Assembly (NCBI RefSeq): GCF_964213995.1
Contig: NC_135820.1
Location: 44,082,001-44,146,000 of the forward strand
Direction of reading: 5' to 3'
DNA: 64,000 bases
From: Mustelus asterias
Lineage: Eukaryota
Position 1 is the first letter of the stretch. Each line of letters starts with the position of its first letter. Positions 54,193 through 64,000 of this stretch are shown piece after piece. A program made the translations under genes and the position numbers. Under the pieces are notes generated by a model, which saw nothing but the letters and a program-made list of their open reading frames with translations, searched no databases and was not told where the DNA came from.

Positions 54193-54231
54193 CTGAGTTT
54201 GCAATTTGCAGTCAGCATGTGAAGCCATGGG
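54193..54231 (-). CDS. Weak candidate 39-nt exon (PMASHADCKLQTQ)
   Basis: Strong donor CAG/gtgagt; acceptor ctaaccctcccag; phase 0-0. Confidence 0.25.
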
Positions 54232-54367
54232 CTGGGAGGGTTAGAGATGGATATTTTCCATGTATTAAAGATCAGTACAAAATCAAATGCTCCTGATGAA
54301 ATTCCAGTAATCCATGATTTATTTACATTGAGTTCCTTAAGTTCATTACTGTCCCACATAAGACCGA

Positions 54368-55131
54368 GGGCAGAATTCTCCCATACCCCCGCCGGCAGGG
54401 TCAATGGTTAGCAGTGGGGACAGGTGAATTCGGTGGGAGGCCCTAAAATTGATCTCACTCCTGCGTGTATTTCCCAAGGTATCTTCCATTGGCGCCCATC
54501 ATGGAGGATCGGAAAAACCACTGGAGTCGATGTAAAACTGATTTGCATCCCGCTAATGGGATGCAAATGAAGGCTCAACCAGAATCTTACACCCATGTCC
54601 AGTTCTATGTGATGCCCATGGGAACACACACCAGGGTAAAACATGTCTGGAACTATGTGGCATGCAGATGTCGGGACTCACCTGAACAATGCCTAGGGCT
54701 GTCCCCAGAGTTCTGAATGGACACCAGCAGCGATCCTGGACCCCGGAACACCACAGCAATGGGTGGTGGGATCATCTATGGGTGAGTCTTCCAGATTTAG
54801 TGTCCTCAGGGGGTGGGGGGGATGCGGAGTCCACCTTCCAGCCATAAAATGTTCCTGGAGATCTATCTTTGTTCTCAGGATGTCCATCTTCTTTCTTCAA
54901 TTGTGGGTCAGTAATGTGGGGCATCTTTTAAATATGGCGCCAGACGTAAGAGCAGACTACATGCCATCGGGCCTATTGCACCACGGAATATGATGCAAAA
55001 CACCCGGTTGTGTAATTAATGAGATTAGGGCCAGAAGATATGGCATAGTTTCCCACCAACCCCTGCAGGGGGAAACAGCGTGATGTTCCCTCTCCACCAT
55101 GGGATTTAGTCCAAGATGGGTGAATTCCACC
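54368..55131. mobile_element. Harbinger-like non-autonomous element
   Basis: TIR-like GGGCAGAATTCTCCCAT / ATGGGTGAATTCCACC. Confidence 0.55.
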
Positions 55132-55692
55132 TAGAGTTTCTGTAATTAATACAATCCAGGAGGAGTTACATAATACAGTGCAGAAATTGTATTTAGCTCA
55201 AATATAGATCATTGGATGTATTGAAAGTGGTGATGTGGATTGCAAACTACAAGCTTAAAGTAAGCACTGGTACTTGGTGCATCGTAATTGCCTTGACCCA
55301 TTGCTTTAATGGACCAGTTATCTCTAAAAGAAAACTTGGAAGTAACTCTACCTTTTGTTTATCTTTGTGCAAACAAAATCTGAAGTTACCTTATGTTAAC
55401 AAAACACTTATGCTGATGTAAGCAGCCTGTAGTACAGTGCCTCACAGGACATGGTCTGAAGCCCACTTATCATCAATGACCCTCAGCAGATTTGCAGCTT
55501 TGGCTTCTGTTCACTTGAACAGCTGTGGAACATTAACGGTGCTGTTTCCTTTCCTTTTCTTTCTGTAAAGGGGATTTTCTTTGGAGACATAGCTGTCCCA
55601 GTGTCTGCATAGTAAATACAAGGACTGTGTTAAATTCATCGCCTCTGCCTTATCATTTGATGACGCAGAAGAGGAGTTTTAATGACGACATT

Positions 55693-56483
55693 GGGTGGAA
55701 CTTCTCCATCCTACTCATGGTGGGCAGGAGCAGAGAATCTAACAGCAGGCAAAAAAGTCGGAAACCCACCAGTGTAAAAACAGTTTGCAATTCTCCTGAT
55801 TGCACGACAGTTATCTCGCTGCGAATGCCATGAGTGTGAATGCCATTTCCATTCATGAATATCTCATGAACGTTCATTAAAAGAGCTGCTTGCCGGAATC
55901 TCCTCACACCTTCCAACCTCTTGTCACACCAGTGGGAAATTATGTCAGGTTCAAAAGCAGTGGCATGCACAATTCGGACCTCAGTTTACTCGTGACTTCA
56001 AGATGTGTGCAACATACATAGCCTACTTGCCTTTGAGCTATGCCAGTCTTGATGAATACCATACTGTTGGGATATAGAGTTGGTCTCCTCCTGCCCTCTG
56101 CCAACATTATCCATAAGGACACCACTGCAGTACTCACGCAGGCCTCCACTTTCAGACACTGGACCAGTATAAGGGTCGGGGTTGGGGAGTGTAGGGTTCT
56201 TTTGCTCCCAATGACTGACACCACTGTCCATAAGGACACCACTGTGCTGCGATACACAGGCAGAATTCCATGTTCAGGAATGAGCATTGCGACTGGGCAT
56301 GGAGCATGAGGGGAGGGAGGACATGACAACCACAAGGAAGGTCATGGGGAAGGAAGGCTGTGCAAGAGCTGTGAGGTAGGAAGGAGGCATAACGTGCGGA
56401 ATTGGATATGAGTTCCCGCCATTTGCCCAGCTGCTGAAACCATCTGCCATCACATTTAGTGTGATAATTGGAAAATTCCCCCA
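55693..56483. mobile_element. Harbinger-like non-autonomous element
   Basis: TIR-like GGGTGGAACTTCTCCA / TGGAAAATTCCCCC; internal duplication TCCATAAGGACACCACTG. Confidence 0.5.
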
Positions 56484-56769
56484 CTGAGTGGGGTCGGCAC
56501 TCTGATCACCATTCTGATCATCTTAAGGAGATTTTCAGAGTAAGTACATTGTGAGGCTGTGGCGGTTTCTTTCACTAAAGTCTTTGCTGCTTTACCCAGG
56601 GAGGCTGGTTCCCCACGAAGGCCATGTTACTTTTTCCAATCGATTTTCATTACCGTCCCTAGGCCATCACCACCTTCACCCAAAACCCTCTTCATAACAT
56701 TATTTCTGAGGTACTGCCATTTAATTCACCAGGACAGCAAGTAATTTCCCACAAGCATTAAAATTAAAG

Positions 56770-57243
56770 TTTAAAATGTATTTATTAGTCACAAGCAGGC
56801 TTACATTAACACTGCAATGAAGTTACTCTGAAAATCCCCTAGTACGTCTTTCGGACTGTGGGAGAAAACCGGAGCACCCGGAGGAAACCACGCAGAGTCT
56901 GCATGTCCCTGCAGACTCTGCATTGACAATGACCCAAGCCGGGAATCGAACCCGGGTCCCTGGTGCTGTGAGGCAACAGTGCTAACTACTGTGCCATCCG
57001 CGAGGGTCAGAGAAAAATGAAAGTAGTCGGACCAGACAGTCATGGCTTTTGATGCCAGGAGTCAAGCCAATGACACAGGGCGGCACAGTGGCAAAGTCAT
57101 GTCCAAAGACTTGCTGGTTAGGTGCATTGGCCATGCTAAATTCTCCCTTAGTGTACCCAAACAGGCACCGGAGTGTGGCAACTAGGGGGTTTTCACAGTA
57201 GCTTGACTGCAGTGTTAATGTAAGCCTATTTGTGACTAATAAT
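56770..57243. mobile_element. Two divergent, internally deleted type-B HE1-like SINEs (56770-56997 minus; 57078-57243 plus)
   Basis: Type-B tails point outward. Confidence 0.82.
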
Positions 57244-58049
57244 CAGTATGGGAAAAAGCTCCTGTGTAGTTAATAATCATTTTTAAGACGTTCTGCATTC
57301 AATTACATATTTTTGTTATGCATTCAGAAAAGCATGTTCAATCTTACAAATTTATTGTTAAAAATTCATTCCCATGTTAACTTTAATCTGCTACCTTTTT
57401 TGTGTTCCAGATGGTACGATGTTGCACATCAGAACATAAGCAAACTGTGGAAGAAATCAAAAATGCTGTGTAATCATCTGTGTACTTTTGTTGAGTTCAT
57501 TTGCAGTTAATCTGAGGGAGTGATGATGAATAGCTGGAATTTTCCATGTGAAATTGAGTGCATTGGCACAGAACATTGCCAATAAATTTGCCTGTTAAAC
57601 TTTGTTTATCTTGTAATTTTTTTTTTCAGTTCAGTTTTCCTCTCAGCTGGCTCCCAGCTTCATACAGCTATGATTTCAAGAAAACAATATCATATTCATA
57701 AGAGATATGTAAAAAAAATATATAAAATACTGGTCACGCTCTTATCACGTTCCACACTTTGGTAGGTTTGGGTGATGATTTTGAGTCTTGATATCATTGG
57801 AAATTGGTCCTAGCATTTGGCTTGGAACTTGTGATAGGCAATCCTGGAGTTTGACAGTACTCAGGGGCTTTTGTAGTCAGTCAATTTGGGGTGTTCTTTT
57901 TATCTGGCACCATCATGAAAGGGGAATCTACTTAAGTTACAAGGCGAAGTTTGGATTTTTTGAGTTCTGTCAACAGGGTGGGAATGGGTGCTGTATCAGC
58001 CTGACAACACCGGGTTGGGGGATATTATGTAAATACCATGTAAATGAAT

Positions 58050-59420
58050 CCGTTATTTAAAGAAGATATTACCACATATTAGAGAGGGATGACCTCAGTT
58101 CAGGACCTGGACAGAGAAGCAGTTTGGGTGGAGATGAGGAATGATAAAGGTAAGAAGTTACTTGTGGGGAGTGGTGATAGACTTCTTAACAGTAATCACA
58201 TGCTAGAATGGAGTATCAAAAAAGAAATAATGGGAGCTCTTCAGAAGGATACGCTGATTATCATGGGGTATTTAATCTACATTTAGACTGGGAAAATCAG
58301 ATGGGCAAAGGTAGCCCAGATGAGAAATCCTTAGACTGTTGTTGGGATAGTTTCTTAGAACAGCACCAACCAGGGAACAGATTATGCTAGACTTGGTATT
58401 GATCAACAAGATAGGATTAATTCATGAACTCATAGTGAATGTGCCCCTATGTAGCAACATATGATTGAATTTTACGTTCAGTTTGAGGGAGAGAAGAATG
58501 TGTCTACGACTAATATTTCAAACTCAAATGAAGGTAATAACGAGGGCATGTTTGCTAAATTTGCAAATGACACAAACATAGATTAGAAAGCAAGTTGTAA
58601 ATAGGACATAAGGAAGCTACAAAAGGATATAGATAGGTTAGATAAGTAGGCATAACTCTGGCAAATGGTGTATATTGTAGACAAATGTGAAATTGTCCAT
58701 TTTGCCAGGAAGAATAAAAAGGAAGCATATTATCTAAATGGCAAGAGATTGCATAGCTCTAAGATGCAGAGGGATCTGGGTGTCTTGGTGCTTGAATCAC
58801 AAAAGGCTAGTATGTAGGTATATCAAGTAATTAGAAAATCTTGTGGAATATTATCATATATTGCAATGGGAATTGAATGCACAAGTCGGGAGATTATGCT
58901 TCAGTTATACAGGACATAGTTGAAACCACATCTGGAGTGCTGTGTACAGTGTTACTTCCTTTATTTAAGGATGGAAATAAATGCGATTGAAGCAGTTCAG
59001 GGGTTTACTAGACTAATACCTGTAAATGGGTGGGTGGTCTGACGAAAGAAGACTGCACAAGCTAGGTTTGCATTCGCTGGAGTTTAAGAGTAAGAGGCAC
59101 CTTGATTGAAACATATAAGATTCTGAGGGGTCTTGGCAGAGTGGATGTGGAGAGGATGTTTCCGCTTGTGGCAGAATCTAAAACTAGGAGTCACGGCTTA
59201 AAAATAAGGGGTTGCTTATTCAGATGGAGATGTGAGGAATTCTATTCCTGAAAAGGTGGTGGGTGCAGAATCTTTGAATTTTTTAAAGTCAGAGCTAGAT
59301 AGATTCTTGATAAGCAAGGGGGGTGAAAGGTTATCGAGGGCAGGCAGGAATGTGGATTTGAGGTTAAAGTCATATCAGCCATATCAGCAAAGCAGGTTCA
59401 TAGGGCCAAATGGCTACTCC
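58050..59420 (+). mobile_element. Degraded CR1 LINE with internal deletion
   Basis: EAVWVEMRNDKG APE remnant joined to the AKFANDT RT 3' part and tail. Confidence 0.8.
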
Positions 59421-59559
59421 TCCAAATTAGTATGCTAATTTGTTTGCAAAGAAGCATTTTTGTGACATTGTAAGGGTTCTCTGCAAAGCTTGAATTTTAT
59501 GTTTTGTAAATGCTTCTTCGACAAGATTCTCTGTCCCTCTCATAGTTTTGAGAAAGTGC

Positions 59560-62420
59560 AAACAATGTTACTGCCTAACATTGAGACACCGGTGGTAATT
59601 ATAGCTATGAAACCAAGAGTTGGAAAGATATCGAGGAGTAAATTTGCAGGGAAATTGCAGAGAGGTGCAAAAACTATAGGGAAGTGATAATGGAGGGCTT
59701 TAATCACCCTAATATAAGCAGAAAGGGAAAGAGTTTCAGAAATGCATTCAGGAGAATTTTCTTGAGCAATGTATTTCTGGCCCAATGAGAAAGGATGCTC
59801 TAAAATAAAATCAAAAGAGTCATATGGACTTGAAACATTAACTCTGCTTCTCTCTCCCCAGATGTTGCCAAACCTGCTGAATTTTTCCGGCATTCTGCAT
59901 TTTGATTTGAGAAAGGATGCATGATTGGATCGGGTTCTGGGGAATGAGACAAGTCAAATGGATCAAATGTCAGTAAGTTGAACGTTGAGGGAACAGAGAT
60001 CATAGTACCATAACGCTTACACTAATGATTGGAAAAGATAGCCAGCAATCCAGAAAGTAAAAATGCTTAATTGGAAGAGGGCCAACTACAGTGGGATCAG
60101 AACAGACCTGTCCCAGGTAAATCGGGGTGGAAGATTGGCAGGAAAAACTGTAACAGAGAAATGGATTGCCTTCAAAGAGGAGATGGGTCTGGTATAGTCG
60201 ATGTAATTTCCCATGCGGGGAAAGGTTGGGCAACCAAAATCAGAATTCCCTGGCAAAGGAAAGAGATAGAGGATAAGATAAATCAAAAACAGGATGGATA
60301 TGACAGATGCCAAGTTAATACACAAGTGAGATGCAGAACTGAATATAGTAAGTTCAGAGGGAAAGGGAAGAAGGAAATAAGAGAGGCAAGGAGAATGTAT
60401 AAGAGACTGGAAACTATGTAAAAGGGAATCCTTTTCCAGGCTTATAAAAATAGTAAAATGGGGTGAGGGTTCAATTAGGAACCACAAAGGAGACCTGTCT
60501 ATGGAGGCAGAGGAAATTGCTGAGGGTACTGAGGGTAATTTGTCTTTACCAAGGAAGAAGATATTGCTAAAGTCATAATGAAAGAGCAGGTAGTTGAGAT
60601 ACTGAGTGAGCTATAAATTGATAAAGAGGAAATATTAGAAAGGTTGGCTGTACAGTACTTAAAGTTGATAAATCACCAGGACCGGGTGGGTACATCTGAG
60701 AATGCTGAGAGAATTAAGGAGAGAAATTGCATAGGTACAGGCTATAATCCTCCTTTGATTGAGGGGTACTGCCATAGGAGGGGAGAATTGCAAATGGTGC
60801 AGCCATGTTCCAAAAAGGATCTCAAGATAAGCCCAGAAGCCTATCAACTATAGGGTAATCAGTTTAAACTTGATGGTGGGAAAACGTCAGGAAATGATAA
60901 TCCAGGACGAAAACGAACAATTAATTGTACGGGGCAAATTAATTAAGGAAAACAGTAAGGATTTAGAGGCATAGAGGTTTACAGCATGGGAACAGGCCTT
61001 TTGGTCCAACTTGACCATGCCGCCCTTTTTTTTTTAAACCCCTAAGCTAGTTCCAATTGCCCGCATTTGGCCCATATCCCTCTATATCCATCTTACCCAT
61101 GTAACTGTTTTAAAAGACAAAATTGTACCCGCCGCTACTACTACGTCTGGCAGCTTGTTCCAGATACTCACCACCCTCTGTGTGGAAAAAATTGCCCCTC
61201 TGGACACTTCTGCATCTCTCCCCTCTCACCTTAAACTTATGCCCTCTAGTTTTAGACTCCCCTACCTTTGGGGAAAGATATTGACTATCTAGCTGATCTA
61301 TGCCCCTTTTATTAAAGGAAAATTGTGCTTAACTAACTTGACTGAGTTTTCTTATAAAGTAACAGAGTTTGATTAGGATAATGTGGTTGGTTGGTGTGGT
61401 GAATGACAGGAAATAGAGTAGTGGTGAACAGTTGTTTTTTGAGCTGAAGGAATGTTTATGGTAACATTCTTCAGGAAGTCAGTACTAGAACCATTGCTTT
61501 CCTTAATATATGTTAATGACTTAGGCTTGGGCACATTTTCAAAGTTGACAGATGACACAAGGCTTGGAAGGAGGATAGTGATAGACTTTCAAGGAGACAT
61601 CGACAGGCTGGTAGAATAATGGAATTTAATGCAGAGAAATGTTGAAGTGATACATTTTGACAAGAACGATAAGAAGAGGCAATATAAATAAAGAAAGACA
61701 AGAATTCTAAGGGGGATGCAGGAACAGAGAAATCCAGCAGAATATGTGCACAAATCATTGGAGATGTAGGACTGGTTGAGAAATTGGTTAAAAAGGCAGA
61801 TAGGATCTTGGGATTTGTAAATAGGAATAGAGTACAGAAGTAAGAAAGATATAATGGACCTTTATAAAACACTGGAACGGCCTCAACTGGAGTATTGTGT
61901 CCAAATCTGGGCACCGTACTTTAGAAAGGATATGAAGGCATTAGAGTGGATACTCGAGAAAAGATTTACACCAATGGTTCCAGGGATGAGGATCTTCAGT
62001 TACAAAGTTAGAAGCTGGAACTGTTCTCATTAGAAAAGAGAAGGAGATTCAATAAATTTATTAAAATCGCGAGGGGTCTGGACAGAGTAGATAAGAACTG
62101 TTCCCTCTGGTAAAAGAATCAGGGTCAAAAGGACACGGTTTTAAGATGATTGGCAAAAGAACCAACGGTGACATAAGGATATTGCTTTTTGCTCAATGGG
62201 TTGTTAGCTTCTGGAATGCATTCTCTGAGATGATGGTGGAGGCAGTTTCAGTTATGACTTTTTAAAAGGAATTGGACAAACACCTAAAGAGAAAACCTTG
62301 GTAGGGTCATGGGGAAAGGGTGGGAGAGTGGGATTAGCAGAATTACTTGGGCATAGAGGAGACACGGCTCATTGGACCAAAGGCTCCCCTTCTGTGCTGT
62401 AACTATTCCATTATTCTGTG
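59560..62420 (+). mobile_element. Degraded CR1 ORF2 with nested Penelope fragment and a minus-strand CR1 tail (60966-61307)
   Basis: APE-to-RT remnants; LERPQLEYCVQIWAPY near 61870-61920. Confidence 0.8.
59799..59907 (+). mobile_element. Penelope family-2 3' fragment with partial hammerhead
   Basis: gagtc/gactt-GAAA-catt; 13-bp TSD TGAGAAAGGATGC at 59786-59798 and 59908-59920. Confidence 0.75.
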
Positions 62421-62908
62421 GGTGGAATATAATGTTGGTGACAGGGGTCTCACCTATTGGCTAAAGAACCAGTGGGAGTTCTGCATTGCATCCATTAGCC
62501 AAGGCCTACCAGAATTAATTATTAATCAAACATTTTACTGGCCAGCAATGGGTCTTCCCTGGGGTTTATGATCCCGAGGCATAAATCCCACCACCTGAGA
62601 TCTTTTTTATAGGGACAGTTTTAATGCTACTTGCCTGTGCAAACACATCAGATTCCAATGGCATCATTTGGGCCTAGCAGAAATCTTAACCTATGGCCTG
62701 AGCTGGGAAGCTATTGCAATTTTCTGACAGTGGGAAAAATTGTTGTGGCCAGTAGCGAACCAAGTAGGTAAGATTTTAAAACTGTTTTTACTTATTTCAC
62801 TGCTTAACTCTTCCTTGATGTGGAGATGCCGGCGTTGGACTGGGGTAAACACAGTAAGAAGTTTAACAACACCAGGTTAAAGTCCAACAGGTTTATTTGG
62901 TAGCAAAA

Positions 62909-62955
62909 GCCACACAAGCTTTCGGAGCTCCAAGCCCCTTCTTCAGGTGAGTGGG
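62909..62955 (-). ncRNA. Minimal type I hammerhead ribozyme
   Basis: CTGAAGA-a-ggggct/agctcc-GAAA-gctt-gtg. Confidence 0.8.
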
Positions 62956-63928
62956 AATTCTGTTCACAAACAGGGCATATAAAGACACAGACTTAATTTA
63001 CATGAATAATGGTTGGAATGCGAATACTTACAGCTAATCAAGTCTTTAAGAAACAAAACAACGTGAGTGGAGAGAGCATCAAGACAGGCTAAAAAGATGT
63101 GTATTGTCTCCAGACAAGACAGCCAGTGAAACTCTGCAGGTCCAGGCAACTGTGGGGGTTACAAATAGTGTGACATGAACCCAATATTCCGGTTGAGGCC
63201 GTCCTCGTGTGTGCGGAACTTGGCTATCAGTTTCTGCTCAGCGACTCTGCGCCGTCGTGTGTCGCGAAGGCCGCCTTGGAGAACGCTTACCCGAATATCA
63301 GAGGCCGAATGCCCGTGACCGCTGAAGTGCTCCCCAACAGGAAGAGAACAGTCTTGCCTGGTGATTGTCGAGCGGTGTTCATTCATCCGTTGTCGCAGCG
63401 TCTGCATAGTTTCCCCAATGTACCATGCCTCGGGACATCCGAGGCATGTCCCAAGGCATGGTACATTGGGGAAACTATGCAGACGCTGCGACAACGGATG
63501 AATGAACACCGCTCGACAATCACCAGGCAAGACTGTTCTCTTCCTGTTGGGGAGCACTTCAGCGGTCACGGGCATTCGGCCTCTGATATTCGGGTAAGCG
63601 TTCTCCAACGCGGCCTTCGCGACACACGACGGCGCAGAGTCGCTGAGCAGAAACTGGTAGCCAAGTTCTGCACATACGAGGACGGCCTCAACCGGAATAT
63701 TGGGTTCATGTCACACTATTTGTAACCCCCACAGTTGCCTGGACCTGCAGAGTTTCACTGGCTGTCTTGTCTGGAGACAATACACATCTTTTTAGCCTGT
63801 CTTGATGCTCTCTCCACTCACGTTGTTTTGTTTCTTAAAGACTTGATTAGCTGTAAGTATTCGCATTCCAACCATTATTCGTGTAAATTAAGTCTGTGTC
63901 TTTATATGCCCTGTTTGTGAACAGAATT

Positions 63929-63975
63929 CCCACTCACCTGAGGAAGGGGCTTGGAGCTCCGAAAGCTTGTGTGGC
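63929..63975 (+). ncRNA. Minimal type I hammerhead ribozyme
   Basis: CTGAGGA-a-ggggct/agctcc-GAAA-gctt-gtg. Confidence 0.8.
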
Positions 63976-64000
63976 TTTTGCTACCAAATAAACCTGTTGG

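Larger units (their letters stand above)
62816..64000. mobile_element. Large fold-back insertion of the Penelope family-1 3' end (runs off the window)
   Basis: Left arm 62816-63440 (minus), spacer GAGGC, right arm 63446-64000 (plus); GIY-YIG tail and pLTR in both arms. Confidence 0.95.

Noticed and set aside
206-57243. tRNA-like A/B boxes as tRNA genes, and the many short ORFs (e.g. MVSTAASQ...) as proteins
   Set aside because: They are SINE heads and recurrent SINE translations.
63159-63725. Mirror-image 149 and 172 aa ORFs as genes
   Set aside because: Artefacts of the palindrome; they hold only the C-terminal part of GIY-YIG.

Overview
Repeat-dense eukaryotic DNA, very likely from a shark or other elasmobranch (HE1-type V-SINEs, HER1/CR1 LINEs). 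Most of the window is transposon debris: about 22 HE1-like SINEs with two alternative 3' tails, CR1, L2, RTE and Rex1/Babar LINE fragments, nested Gypsy LTR relics, Harbinger-like MITEs with a Myb/SANT relic, and a 28S rRNA fragment. The only long intact ORF is a young Penelope-like element (RT + GIY-YIG, Neptune-type, 43331-45842, 12-bp TSD). The most interesting structure is a set of Penelope 3' ends from two families. Each carries a minimal hammerhead ribozyme upstream of a 3' splice site, several are inserted as fold-back palindromes (14.2, 32.2, 63.4 kb), and the short copies break at the ribozyme core. A few small minus-strand candidate exons suggest the window lies inside a large-intron gene that I could not identify. 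Family names come from motif recognition by eye, not database searches, and the boundaries of old repeats are approximate.
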